Origin: a virus
Lineage: Duplodnaviria; Caudoviricetes
DNA length: 64,000 bases
Direction: 5' to 3' (one strand)
IMG/VR virus record: IMGVR_UViG_3300025276_000033
Location: 2,012-66,011 of that record
Shown: one piece after another, positions 10,142-20,135 of the stretch
How the letters are laid out: every line of letters begins with the position of its first letter
Numbering within the stretch: the first letter of the stretch is position 1
Notes under the pieces: model-generated
Told to the model about the DNA's origin: nothing
The model's input: the letters and a program-made list of their open reading frames with translations, nothing else
Database searches by the model: none
Position numbers and translations under genes: made by a program

Positions 10142-11095
10142 ATGAGTATAAAAAACAACATTTGGGTAGAAAAGTATAGACCATCTACATTAGAGGAATT
10201 AATTATTCCTGAAAGAGTTTATAAAAAGTTTGAAGGGGGTAAATTAAACAATCATGTACTATTGCACGGTAGTCCAGGATTAGGTAAAACTAGTTTAGGT
10301 AAAATTATTTCTAAGGATGCTGTTAGTTTAGAGATCAACTGTTCACTTGATACAAGTGTAGATAGTGTTAGAACTAAAATAACAGAATTCTGTTCTAATA
10401 TTTCAATATTGCACGGAAAGAAAGCACAAAAGGTTGTTTTGTTAGATGAGTTCGATGGTGTGTCTGAGCAGTATATGAAAGCGATGCGAGCTGTAATTGA
10501 AACTTTCGCAGGAACAACTAGATTTATTGCAACGTGTAATTACATTCAAAAAATACCTGACAATATTCAATCAAGGTTTGATGTAATAAACTTTGACTTT
10601 CCAAAAGAAGAAGAACGCGATTTGATGAAAAAATATCTAATGCGTTTCAATCATATATGCAAACAGGAAGGAATGTCTGTTGAACCTAAAGTTATGGGTG
10701 CAATCGTTAAAAAACATTTTCCAGATTTAAGGAGTACGATTACTTTCTTACAGGGAATGTACGAAGAAGGTAAGAAAACTATTACCTTAGAAGATTTAAA
10801 ATCATTTACTGGCGAAAACAAAGAACTATTCGAGCATTTAATCAACTCTGGTGAATCTTTTATAGACCTTTATACATTTGCATATAAGAACTACGTTAAC
10901 AACGAAGACAACGTATTTGCATCACTGGGAAAAGATTTCATTGATTTTTTGATTGGCAAAGGTGCTGAATCAAATAAAATAGGTAATATAATTGTAGAGG
11001 TTGCCGACTACACTTATAAATCAAATTTTGTAATTGATAAATTTGTTACGTTATCGGCTTGTTTACAAAAAATTAAAAAAATAGTCAATGAATAA
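10142..11095 (+). CDS. Clamp loader large subunit (gp44/RFC-like AAA+)
   Basis: WVEKYRP, GSPGLGKT, LLDEFD, FIATCN, IQSRF and FPDLR motifs. Confidence 0.92.
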   Translation: MSIKNNIWVEKYRPSTLEELIIPERVYKKFEGGKLNNHVLLHGSPGLGKTSLGKIISKDAVSLEINCSLDTSVDSVRTKITEFCSNISILHGKKAQKVVLLDEFDGVSEQYMKAMRAVIETFAGTTRFIATCNYIQKIPDNIQSRFDVINFDFPKEEERDLMKKYLMRFNHICKQEGMSVEPKVMGAIVKKHFPDLRSTITFLQGMYEEGKKTITLEDLKSFTGENKELFEHLINSGESFIDLYTFAYKNYVNNEDNVFASLGKDFIDFLIGKGAESNKIGNIIVEVADYTYKSNFVIDKFVTLSACLQKIKKIVNE

Positions 11096-12281
11096 ATTTA
11101 CTCTAGTAATTGATGGAAATTACCTATTATATTCTACACTAAGTGTTATGAAGTTATTTTCTAAGAATAATGAAATGTTCTTGAAAGGTAACAACGAAGA
11201 AACTCTTAGAAAAGATACTAACTTTTTATTAGAAAAGTTAACGCAAATTTATGCAAAGGATATTAGAAGTCTAGGTCCAATCATAGATGATGTTATATTT
11301 ACAATAGATGATTCTAATTCTTGGCGAAAAGACTTGTATCTTACTAAAGATTACAAAGGAATTGAAAAAGGTTTAGAATACAAAGGTAACAGAAAAAAAG
11401 ATAAAAGTATTGATTTTTCTAATATCTTTACCGTATTTGATTCCTTTGTTAAAGGATTAGCAATTAGTTGTAATCTAAACTTTAAAGCTATTCCAGGATG
11501 CGAAGCTGATGATTTAATTTTTGTGCATTGTAGTTACTTGAATAGTCAAGGTAAAAGTACTATAATCTATTCTGGTGATGGTGATCTAAAACAATGCGTA
11601 GGATTCGACAAAAGTAAAAATACGTTCACTATTCAATATCAAAAACAAAACAGAAAAATTTGGATTGATAGGGCTACAGCGTTATACTTAAAAGAAAATC
11701 AAAAAACTTATGCTGTTGATTGCTTACGTTCAGTTGTTAACAATACAAGTTCTAAGTTATCAGTAGTTGATCCGTTTGAAATAGTTATTGAAAAAGTTTT
11801 AGGTGGTGATATATCTGATAATATAGTTCCTATCATAAGCGAATCTAGACAATATGGCCCTAAAGCCAAAAAAGCTGGTCAATGGTTCAACACAGGGATT
11901 GCCGATGCAACTATAAAAAACATAAAGAAAGAAATTGATTTTTCTAAATTCAATGTAGAAGATTTGTTTCGTACAGATTTCAAAAGAAAACTAGCAAGTT
12001 CTGCTATTAGGAATTTCAAATCTCAAAACAAGTATTCTATCGAAGATGTTCAAAATAATGTAGATGTTAATATAAATCTTGTACTATTACACAAAGATAC
12101 GATTCCATCTTATTTATACGATGATATCTTTAATTGGTCAGAAGAAACTTACAAAAAGAAAAAATGCGAAGTACAAAAACAATTTAACTATAAACAGCTT
12201 TTAATGTCTATGAAACTATATGACAAGAAAGCACATGACAATTCAAGTAGTGCAAGCATCTTTAAAGAATTAGGATTATGA
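11088..12281 (+). CDS. 5'-3' exonuclease / T4-type RNase H (FEN family)
   Basis: IDGN, SWRK, YKGNR, EADD, SGDGDLKQ and GDISDNI motifs. Confidence 0.88.
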   Translation: MNKFTLVIDGNYLLYSTLSVMKLFSKNNEMFLKGNNEETLRKDTNFLLEKLTQIYAKDIRSLGPIIDDVIFTIDDSNSWRKDLYLTKDYKGIEKGLEYKGNRKKDKSIDFSNIFTVFDSFVKGLAISCNLNFKAIPGCEADDLIFVHCSYLNSQGKSTIIYSGDGDLKQCVGFDKSKNTFTIQYQKQNRKIWIDRATALYLKENQKTYAVDCLRSVVNNTSSKLSVVDPFEIVIEKVLGGDISDNIVPIISESRQYGPKAKKAGQWFNTGIADATIKNIKKEIDFSKFNVEDLFRTDFKRKLASSAIRNFKSQNKYSIEDVQNNVDVNINLVLLHKDTIPSYLYDDIFNWSEETYKKKKCEVQKQFNYKQLLMSMKLYDKKAHDNSSSASIFKELGL

Positions 12282-12721
12282 TAGTAAAATCACCGTTTGA
12301 TATAATAGGACAATTAGGAAAAAAACAATTTGATGACATTTCTAATATGGATAAGAAAAGACATGCTTTCATTGTCAATAGAATGTTATCAAGAGCATTA
12401 CCAGAAGTTTCTTTCAATATGACGCATATGAAAGTGTGTCCTGAAAGCACTGTTGATTTTTGGAATCAAGCATTTCTTGATATGAATAAGTCCGGACAAG
12501 GTATGAGAATGTTAGGTTATATCAGGAGAGTTCTAAGAGTTTCAATGGCCGGAGCAAAGAAAAAAACAAAAAGTAAAGTTGATAAAGAAGTTTCAAAAAG
12601 TTTTATGCAAATAAGTAAAATAGGAACAAAAGAATTCGATGTTTTGGTTCATTACTATGAAAAAGATTTGATTAAATATCTAAAGAAGTTTTCTAAAATG
12701 TTGGAAACTACGAAAGTATAG
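12278..12721 (+). CDS. Possible clamp loader small subunit (gp62-like)
   Basis: SPFDII...FIVNRMLS resembles gp62 (FD...FxxNRxLS); size and context fit. Confidence 0.45.
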   Translation: MIVKSPFDIIGQLGKKQFDDISNMDKKRHAFIVNRMLSRALPEVSFNMTHMKVCPESTVDFWNQAFLDMNKSGQGMRMLGYIRRVLRVSMAGAKKKTKSKVDKEVSKSFMQISKIGTKEFDVLVHYYEKDLIKYLKKFSKMLETTKV

Positions 12722-12723
12722 AT

Positions 12724-13362
12724 ATGAATATTAAAGAAAAATTTTGGGTAGGAACTTTTATTAGTTTATGGGTACTTGTTAGTACAGTAAGTACAATTCA
12801 TAGTATAGAATTCTTTGAATTGTCAAATAACTTATTCCTGTCTTGGTGTCTAGCAATTGGATTCGAAATAGGTGCAATGGCTTCATTAGGTGGGATTATA
12901 GTTTCTAAAGGAAATAAAACTCTTATATGGGCATTGTTTATATTACTAACAACATTTCAAATACATGGTAATATGTATTGGGCATGGTCGCATAGTAATG
13001 ATATAACTGAATGGACAAAACTTTTCGATATGGTTGATGAAGACCCGAATTTTACAAGAAGGGTTTTTGCATTTGTTAGTGGTGGAATATTACCTTTGGT
13101 TTCGTTAGGTTTCATTAAATCGTTAATGGACTACCTTGCGCCTAAAGAAGAAGTTCCGGTAACAGAAGAAACAGAAATTCATATGAATAATGTAACAGAA
13201 GATACAAAAATTCCTACGAATGATGAAAAAGCAGATGCTATACTTCAATCCTTTAGAAAAAAGAGAAACCCCAATGAATTAAATAATAAGAAGAATCCTA
13301 GCAAATTAGAAGATGTTATTGATAGCGCTGAAAAAGTTGTTAATTCAATAGGAGAAAAATAA
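12724..13362 (+). CDS. Multi-pass membrane protein
   Basis: About 4 hydrophobic helices followed by a charged tail. Confidence 0.7.
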   Translation: MNIKEKFWVGTFISLWVLVSTVSTIHSIEFFELSNNLFLSWCLAIGFEIGAMASLGGIIVSKGNKTLIWALFILLTTFQIHGNMYWAWSHSNDITEWTKLFDMVDEDPNFTRRVFAFVSGGILPLVSLGFIKSLMDYLAPKEEVPVTEETEIHMNNVTEDTKIPTNDEKADAILQSFRKKRNPNELNNKKNPSKLEDVIDSAEKVVNSIGEK

Positions 13363-13372
13363 TATAAGTTAA

Positions 13373-14437
13373 ATGTCAAGTACTAAAAAATGCATAATTA
13401 AAATAGATGAAAATGGACCTAGTATAGTATCCAATGGTGATACTGTGGCAAGTGATTTAAGATTAACACTAAAAGATTATTTACCTAGTGTTACTAATTG
13501 GACAACTTGGAATGGTTCTATGAAAAAAGGTGATGAAATAACAATAACTACCCCTTATAAATTTATTGCTGTTAGAGCAAGAAATAGCAATACAAGTACT
13601 GGTAGTACAATTAAAGCAACTAATGGATCTATTGATTTAACAAGTGCTTGTTTACCAGCAAATAATTCATTAGCAAGTAATTGTGGATGCAGTGCGGGTT
13701 CAACTGGAGCAACCGGAGTGTTATTAGATTTTGAAATGAATCAATTTACATCTTATACTCTTGATACTAAAACAATTTATTCCGACAATGCACTTTTATT
13801 CGATTGTTCACATGGACCAACGGCAACTGGTGTTACGGGATGGGCTGGTTGTACTTGTGTAGATGTTGCTAGTTGTGGTGGAACAGGAGCAACTTCAGCT
13901 GCAATAGGAATAACAGGAGCAACTGGAACTTGTACCGTTGGTGGTGCAACAGCAGTAGCAAAAGGAGTTTATGAATATTCTTTTACTGGATATCTTGAAA
14001 ACAACAACTTGATAATTAAGTCAAGTGCTGCAGACAATGAATACAAATGTAAGTTAGATTATTACGCATATACAAAAGTAGATAATGAATACGTATTGTT
14101 TATTTTTAATAATACACTCGGAAAATGGGTTATTGCTAAATTAGATAAGAAAATAAGTGAGATTGTAAAAAATAAAACTGCGTATAATATCATTGAACTA
14201 ATAGAGTGGTCTGAAACAAATTATATTTATAAGAATAGTAATGTTTCAATGCCCTCCGCAAAAGGATATACGAGCACTAACATAAATTCTTTTACTGGAA
14301 CGGTATCAGAATTAGATAGTAATATGCCCGTTACCTTTAAGATGAATAGTTTATTTATAATGGAATCAGCTAACTTTAAAGGTAAGATTACAGCAAAAGT
14401 AAATAATCTAGATGTCAACATAATGTTAGCAATTTAA
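13373..14437 (+). CDS. Hypothetical virion-like protein with a Cys/Gly/Thr-rich GATG-repeat region
   Basis: GSTGATG, GGTGATS and GITGATG with 8 nearby Cys. Confidence 0.6.
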   Translation: MSSTKKCIIKIDENGPSIVSNGDTVASDLRLTLKDYLPSVTNWTTWNGSMKKGDEITITTPYKFIAVRARNSNTSTGSTIKATNGSIDLTSACLPANNSLASNCGCSAGSTGATGVLLDFEMNQFTSYTLDTKTIYSDNALLFDCSHGPTATGVTGWAGCTCVDVASCGGTGATSAAIGITGATGTCTVGGATAVAKGVYEYSFTGYLENNNLIIKSSAADNEYKCKLDYYAYTKVDNEYVLFIFNNTLGKWVIAKLDKKISEIVKNKTAYNIIELIEWSETNYIYKNSNVSMPSAKGYTSTNINSFTGTVSELDSNMPVTFKMNSLFIMESANFKGKITAKVNNLDVNIMLAI

Positions 14438-14462
14438 TTTTTAATTTTTAATACATATACAA

Positions 14463-14699
14463 ATGAGTGAAGCAAAACAAGAAACAGGAGTTTCAAATTT
14501 AAACCAAGCAATTTCTGTGCTTATGCAAGCAGCAGAACAAGGTAGAAGAGCTGGGATTTTCGAATGGGAAGATTTAGATTACATTTCTCAATCTCTAAAA
14601 CTCTTAAATGCTTATGCAAAAGAGCAAGAGGGACCAACTCAGGGTTCCGAACCAGCAACAGAATCAAATGATGTTATTTTAGAACCTACTAAAGACTAG
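14463..14699 (+). CDS. Hypothetical protein
   Basis: ORF with normal operon spacing. Confidence 0.6.
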   Translation: MSEAKQETGVSNLNQAISVLMQAAEQGRRAGIFEWEDLDYISQSLKLLNAYAKEQEGPTQGSEPATESNDVILEPTKD

Positions 14700-14702
14700 T
14701 AG

Positions 14703-15929
14703 ATGACTGAAACTAAAATAGTATTAACTATGATAGTAAAAGATGAGGAGCACGTAATTGAACGTGCTCTGAATTCTTGCTATAAAATGATTGATTCTTA
14801 TTGCATAGTAGATACTGGTTCAACCGACAAAACAAAAGAAATCATAAAGACATTTTTCGATTCTAAAGGAATTGATGGGAAAATAGTTGACTTTGAGTTT
14901 ACTAACTTTGAGGAATGTAGAAATAAAAGTATTGAACAGGCAAAGGATTTAGGTAACTATGGATTTTGGATGGATGCTGATGAAGAACTTAAATTAGATA
15001 AAACTTTCAATAAGCAAATTCTAAATGTATTCATAAATACTAACAAACCTGACCAGATGCTTATACAATGCGAATATGGTGGTATGAAATATCAACGTGC
15101 TCAATTTTATAGGTTCGATAATGATTATTATTGGTATGGTCCTGTACATGAAGTTTTACAATCTAACAATCATTCTAAAAATGTCAAATTCGATTTAGGG
15201 CATATGTTCATTACGCCAGATGGAAATTCTTGGCAAGCAGAAGATATTGCTGTAAAATATGAAGACCATGCAAAAATTCTTTTAAAGTATCAAGAAGATA
15301 ACGATTGGAAAGACCCAAGATGGACTTTTTACTTGGCACAATCTTATAGAGATGCTGCAAATATCGTTCTTTCAAAAAATGATAAAGATGAACGAGGTTT
15401 AAAGTTGTGTAGAAAATCAATTCAATATTATACTGAAAGAACTAAAATAAATACACATTTTATAGAAGAAATATATTATTCGCAATTAATGATTGCTCGT
15501 TTGAGTTATCATATAAACACACAAGAATTTATATTTCAACATTTACTTAAATGCGAAGAACTTAATGTATCAAATCGAGTAGAACATATATTCAACATGT
15601 CATCTTTCTTACAATCAAGCAATCTACACAAAAATGCATTGGTGTATTTAAAATTGGCATTAAAGTATTTAAAAGAAGGTTTAAAAGGAGAATTGTTTAT
15701 AGAACCCTTTGCTTATGATTGGGGAATTTATGATATGTACGGAGTTTCTTTGTACTATACTGGAGATAAAGAAAACGCATTAAAATATTTTAAACACGCA
15801 TTAAAAAAAGCAAAAAATGGAAACACAGGAGCTACTGACCTTAAAAGAATGTCAAATAACGTTGAATCCACTGAACATGAATTACAACGACTTAACAGTA
15901 AAAATGGAAAAGGAAGTATCACAATCTGA
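14703..15929 (+). CDS. GT2 glycosyltransferase with TPR repeats (SunS-like architecture)
   Basis: MIVKDEE, VDTGSTD, MDADE, GPVHE and FYLAQSYRD motifs; TPR-like C-terminus. Confidence 0.85.
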   Translation: MTETKIVLTMIVKDEEHVIERALNSCYKMIDSYCIVDTGSTDKTKEIIKTFFDSKGIDGKIVDFEFTNFEECRNKSIEQAKDLGNYGFWMDADEELKLDKTFNKQILNVFINTNKPDQMLIQCEYGGMKYQRAQFYRFDNDYYWYGPVHEVLQSNNHSKNVKFDLGHMFITPDGNSWQAEDIAVKYEDHAKILLKYQEDNDWKDPRWTFYLAQSYRDAANIVLSKNDKDERGLKLCRKSIQYYTERTKINTHFIEEIYYSQLMIARLSYHINTQEFIFQHLLKCEELNVSNRVEHIFNMSSFLQSSNLHKNALVYLKLALKYLKEGLKGELFIEPFAYDWGIYDMYGVSLYYTGDKENALKYFKHALKKAKNGNTGATDLKRMSNNVESTEHELQRLNSKNGKGSITI

Positions 15930-16104
15930 TGACATCTTAGTTTTTACTTTTGATGGCAATACAATAGAATTAATTAAAAGTAAATTTCCTATTTATGGTA
16001 GAAATAGTGGTGTCAAAGACCTGGACGTAAAGATAAACGGGTTTGAGAAATTATTAAATACATTAACAATAGAAGACAATCGTCTTAGTATGACATTTTA
16101 CTAA
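15904..16104 (+). CDS. Hypothetical protein
   Basis: Likely start ATG 15904; TAATG coupling to the next gene. Confidence 0.5.
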   Translation: MEKEVSQSDDILVFTFDGNTIELIKSKFPIYGRNSGVKDLDVKINGFEKLLNTLTIEDNRLSMTFY

Positions 16105-16454
16105 TGGATAAGAAAAAAATAACATATTTTGATACAACTAAAAAGTTACTGAAAAACTTAGAAAATTGTACGAATAAAGATATTGATAGTGAATTTGTAA
16201 AAGAATCCTTAAAAACACTAATAAATATAATTCAAACACAAAATTCTTTTTTAGAATACTTAGTAGAACTTGATGAAAATATGGAATTAGTTTCTGACGA
16301 TACTCAAATAATAAAAGGTATGGTTTGTTACATAAGGGGCCGAAAGAAATTCGGTAAAATTATAAACATAGATACTGACCGTAATATATATTCATTGAGA
16401 GTTTTAGGTACAGAAGAAATGTTAAATGTAACTAAAACAGACTTTAATACATAG
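16104..16454 (+). CDS. Hypothetical protein with an SH3-like C-terminus
   Basis: KGMVCYI...GKIINID pattern. Confidence 0.55.
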   Translation: MDKKKITYFDTTKKLLKNLENCTNKDIDSEFVKESLKTLINIIQTQNSFLEYLVELDENMELVSDDTQIIKGMVCYIRGRKKFGKIINIDTDRNIYSLRVLGTEEMLNVTKTDFNT

Positions 16455-16483
16455 ATTAAATAAAATATATTAATTTTTATAAC

Positions 16484-17497
16484 ATGAGCGATAACAACGA
16501 TTTAACACCAGAAGAAAAAGCTTTGCGTGGATTAGATAATGAACCTAAACAAAGTTCAGAAAATGAACAAGGTATGGCAGATTTAGAAAATGCCGTAAAA
16601 GAAGAACCTAAAATAAAATCATTAGGTAAAGTAGAAAGGGTAGATTATACTAAAGAATCTGTTGAACAAACGGATTTAAAACACGGATTCTTTTCAGTAG
16701 ATATCACTGAGTTCCCATCTAAAGGTAGATTTTATCCTAGAGGAACTAAAGTAAGAATCAAGTCTGCGACAGTCAAAGACATCAGAACATTTTCAGCACT
16801 TGATGAAGAAAACCCATATGAAGTTGATGAAGCATTAGTAGATTTACTTAGTAATTGTGTGCGTGTTTCATTTCCTACTAAAGTTGCATCTTGGAAAGAT
16901 ATCTTAGAAGAAGATAGATTAAATCTTATTTTAAGTATTAGACAACTTACCTTTGCAGAAGGAGAAAATAAAATATCCTTCAAAGTTAAATGTGAATCTT
17001 GCAATACAGAAAATGATATGGAAATTATCAACGAAAACTTTCAAAAGAGAGCGCTCAATGAAAAGATTGCTAAATACTATTCAGACGAAACTAGGCGCTT
17101 TGATGTTGAAACTAAAACCTATGGTATCATTAATATGAAACCACCGACAATCGGTATTATGAGAGTAATAAACAAATACATCAAATCTTTGCAAGAAAAG
17201 AAAGAAAATCTTAAATCTTACTTACCTTTCTTAAAGACTGTTCCGTATATGGTAGAAGAATGGAGAGGGTTTTCGATTGATGATATGAGTAATTATAGAA
17301 TGGAATTCATACGATGGGATGAAAAGAAATTTTTAACTTTTACCAAGTTAGTCGAATTAGCTGCAGTTTCAGTAAAAGAAAAAATGCTGAAACCTTGTAC
17401 TAAATGCGGTGACCCAATAGAAGCCAATATAGAATTACCTACTGGAATCAAAGGTTTATTCATAGAAGAAGGTATCTTAGATGATGAATTAATATAA
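16484..17497 (+). CDS. Baseplate hub / tail assembly protein (gp26-like)
   Basis: FPSKGRFY, EDR..L...IRQLT, CESC, MKPPT and CTKCG motifs; upstream of the tape measure. Confidence 0.7.
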   Translation: MSDNNDLTPEEKALRGLDNEPKQSSENEQGMADLENAVKEEPKIKSLGKVERVDYTKESVEQTDLKHGFFSVDITEFPSKGRFYPRGTKVRIKSATVKDIRTFSALDEENPYEVDEALVDLLSNCVRVSFPTKVASWKDILEEDRLNLILSIRQLTFAEGENKISFKVKCESCNTENDMEIINENFQKRALNEKIAKYYSDETRRFDVETKTYGIINMKPPTIGIMRVINKYIKSLQEKKENLKSYLPFLKTVPYMVEEWRGFSIDDMSNYRMEFIRWDEKKFLTFTKLVELAAVSVKEKMLKPCTKCGDPIEANIELPTGIKGLFIEEGILDDELI

Positions 17498-17513
17498 AAT
17501 AAAAGAATACTAC

Positions 17514-17542
17514 AAAGGCAACCGTTTGGTTGCCTTTTTTTT
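17514..17542 (+). terminator. Rho-independent terminator
   Basis: AAAGGCAACC-gttt-GGTTGCCTTT followed by a T-run. Confidence 0.85.
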
Positions 17543-17544
17543 GG

Positions 17545-17576
17545 TTAAATAAGAAAAGAAACAGTACAATATGAAA
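17545..17576 (+). promoter_or_regulatory. Late promoter TTAAATA plus leader; identical 32-bp copy at 18014-18045
   Basis: TTAAATAAGAAAAGAAACAGTACAATATGAAA occurs twice. Confidence 0.8.
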
Positions 17577-18017
17577 TCATTAAACGAATTCTTAAACGAA
17601 AGTTATTCGGGTCCTGAATCAATTAACTTTAAAAAAGAACTTGAATTAGGTTCTGACAATGTTTATGTAACATACAAATATAAAGGAAAAGTAGAAACGA
17701 TTTCAGTTCAAAGTAAACCATTAAAGTCATACCCAGAATGGGCAATAAAAAATGACAAAAAAATGTATAAAATTATAAATAAAAACGTAAAGGGAGTAAC
17801 TTTTAAAGAATCGGAAACATCTGGAATTGTAAGTCTTTTTTTAAAAGGAGAATTTGATATAACATTTGATGATTCATTATTGCATGGTAGTGGTAAAAAT
17901 AATAATTTGATGCTCTTAAGCGGTTTAGACGATTTTAATTCAGATTTAGTAATTAGATGTTCAACAGATTACTTAAAGTATGGTGATGTTACTTATCACG
18001 ATGATCCAGCAAATTAA
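17571..18017 (+). CDS. LNEFLNE-tagged putative internal head protein
   Basis: N-terminus MKSLNEFLNES. Confidence 0.7.
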   Translation: MKSLNEFLNESYSGPESINFKKELELGSDNVYVTYKYKGKVETISVQSKPLKSYPEWAIKNDKKMYKIINKNVKGVTFKESETSGIVSLFLKGEFDITFDDSLLHGSGKNNNLMLLSGLDDFNSDLVIRCSTDYLKYGDVTYHDDPAN

Positions 18018-18039
18018 ATAAGAAAAGAAACAGTACAAT

Positions 18040-18897
18040 ATGAAACACTTAAATGAATTTTTAAACGAAGCAAAGGATGTAGGACACTACGAAAGGATAG
18101 GAAATCAAACTATTGTTGATAGCAATTTTGTAAATTACAGTAAAGGATGCCTTCCGGATTCTGAATTAGTACATTTAGGTATGGGAGATTTTCAATTAAA
18201 AACACCTAAAGGTAATATAACTTTTAATCGTTCTGGTAAAATAGTAGGAATCGGTCAAGACTTTGTAGGTAGACCACATAGAGCAACTGATGACAAAGGT
18301 GGTAAAGTTCTTGAAGAATTAATAAAGGTGATGACTAAAAAGAAAAAAGCTGTATTAAGTATGGCCGGATTGGATGAATCTAAAAAACCAGTTACTGATA
18401 AATATGGTTGGCACATAAAACCTTTTTTCAAAGAAGGAGAAAAAGTATTGTATTATGGTGAACCAGCAGAAATATCGCGAGTACGTGATGATGGTAACAA
18501 AGTTACTTATGATGTGAAATATACTAATCAAAGAGGGTTTCAATCATTTGTTAACAATAAATCGGGCGAAATAAAAAAATTGAATGAAATAAATCAATAC
18601 ACAGGAGAAGCTGAAAAATCAGAAAAGTATTGGGATACTAAATTCAAGAAAGCAATTAAATTGTTTCCTACCTGGGCTGATGAAAAGGTTGATATAACAA
18701 ACGAAATTAGACAAGTTTATAACGAAAGAATATTAGATGTTACTAAAGGAGACAAAGGATATGTTGAACCGATTAGTAGATATGAGGGAGATGTTGAAAT
18801 TTATATTGAAATGTCAACTGACCTTTGGAATAAAATGAAAGGTGATGTTATTGCAAAAGAATATGCACTTGAAGATTATGTTCGTTGGCTTAAATAA
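18040..18897 (+). CDS. LNEFLNE-tagged putative internal head polyprotein
   Basis: MKHLNEFLNEA; internal LDES and LNEI sites. Confidence 0.7.
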   Translation: MKHLNEFLNEAKDVGHYERIGNQTIVDSNFVNYSKGCLPDSELVHLGMGDFQLKTPKGNITFNRSGKIVGIGQDFVGRPHRATDDKGGKVLEELIKVMTKKKKAVLSMAGLDESKKPVTDKYGWHIKPFFKEGEKVLYYGEPAEISRVRDDGNKVTYDVKYTNQRGFQSFVNNKSGEIKKLNEINQYTGEAEKSEKYWDTKFKKAIKLFPTWADEKVDITNEIRQVYNERILDVTKGDKGYVEPISRYEGDVEIYIEMSTDLWNKMKGDVIAKEYALEDYVRWLK

Positions 18898-18911
18898 AAT
18901 TAGATAAAATT

Positions 18912-19427
18912 ATGAAATCATTAAACGAATTTTTAAACGAAGCAAAGAACTATGGTACTAAAGTTGGTAATCTTAGTAAAAAAGACTTGGAATCTACTGA
19001 GGCACTTAGGGATGCACTACAAAGTAAAACCAAAAAAGGCATTGTAGATGATTACGAAGAAGGAAAAACTATGTTCGGTCAAGTATATCCATCTAGAGTT
19101 TCTATCTTTACTTATGGTTCATCACCTGATGATAGGGATGGTAGCAAAAAACTAGTAGAACTATTTGCAAAAGATGGTAAACTTTATCTATATGGATTCA
19201 GAGCAATAAGAGGTAATAAAATTAATGATGAAGCATTTAATGGTAGACTAAGAAACGAAACACCAGGTGGACTTTCTGGTACTGCTGATTACTTTGGAAC
19301 AGATAATAAAGGAATACAAATTACAACAAAACAATTAAATCAACTTTTAGGTATGATTGAAGCACAAGCAAGTGCCGAAGGACAAGCATTTGCAGACTTC
19401 TATAAAGATTGGAAAAATCCAGATTAA
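18912..19427 (+). CDS. LNEFLNE-tagged putative internal head protein
   Basis: MKSLNEFLNEA; TTAAATA at 18890. Confidence 0.7.
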   Translation: MKSLNEFLNEAKNYGTKVGNLSKKDLESTEALRDALQSKTKKGIVDDYEEGKTMFGQVYPSRVSIFTYGSSPDDRDGSKKLVELFAKDGKLYLYGFRAIRGNKINDEAFNGRLRNETPGGLSGTADYFGTDNKGIQITTKQLNQLLGMIEAQASAEGQAFADFYKDWKNPD

Positions 19428-19430
19428 GAT

Positions 19431-19703
19431 ATGAAACATTTAAACGAATTTTTAAACGAAGGTAAAGGTAACCACGATGAAATAGAATCTTTTCTAAAAA
19501 CAATCTTTAAGAAAGTTAGTAAAACTACAAATAGTGGAGTTACAGATTTTTATGGAGATGTTCCAATAAATAAAATGCCAAATTGGTCAGGTCCTCTAAA
19601 AGTTGTTGTTGGTCGTGATGGACTTTCTTCAATTGAAGGTATGGAAGATGAGGTATTTGATAAGGATGCTCTATTCAAAGAACTTACACAAATTACTAAG
19701 TAA
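19431..19703 (+). CDS. LNEFLNE-tagged putative internal head protein
   Basis: MKHLNEFLNEG. Confidence 0.7.
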   Translation: MKHLNEFLNEGKGNHDEIESFLKTIFKKVSKTTNSGVTDFYGDVPINKMPNWSGPLKVVVGRDGLSSIEGMEDEVFDKDALFKELTQITK

Positions 19704-19726
19704 AATAAAATACATACAATATTAAG

Positions 19727-19756
19727 AAAGACTATCATTTTTGATAGTCTTTTTTT
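19727..19756 (+). terminator. Rho-independent terminator
   Basis: AAAGACTATCA-tttt-TGATAGTCTTT followed by a T-run. Confidence 0.8.
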
Positions 19757-19785
19757 ATGATTAAATATAGTACTAAACTTAGTAT

Positions 19786-20118
19786 ATGTCAAGAACACCA
19801 ACTGTTAGATTAAAGATGAAAGATATCTTTAAGTCAATGAAAGTTGATTTGCGGTCTTTTTATAAAAATAGAGTATATGTTCAACATCACTTACATATAC
19901 AACCATCTGAAATAGATGTTCTTTGTTATTACGAATATCAATGGATGTTAAAAGACCTTGTTGATATGTTAAAAGAACAAAATGGTGACAAATCTGGTGG
20001 TCAAGACCAAGCAAATGACCAAATGGAGAAAATGAAATCCCAAGCAAGTAAATACAGTAAAGGGTTTGGTGGCAGTAGTACGCCTAAAATGGGCAATTTC
20101 AAAATGCCTAAGTTGTAA
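19786..20118 (+). CDS. Baseplate hub / tail assembly chaperone (gp51-like)
   Basis: HLHIQPSEIDVLCYYEYQW motif; immediately before the tape measure. Confidence 0.55.
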   Translation: MSRTPTVRLKMKDIFKSMKVDLRSFYKNRVYVQHHLHIQPSEIDVLCYYEYQWMLKDLVDMLKEQNGDKSGGQDQANDQMEKMKSQASKYSKGFGGSSTPKMGNFKMPKL

Positions 20119-20135
20119 AATATATTAATTTAGAA

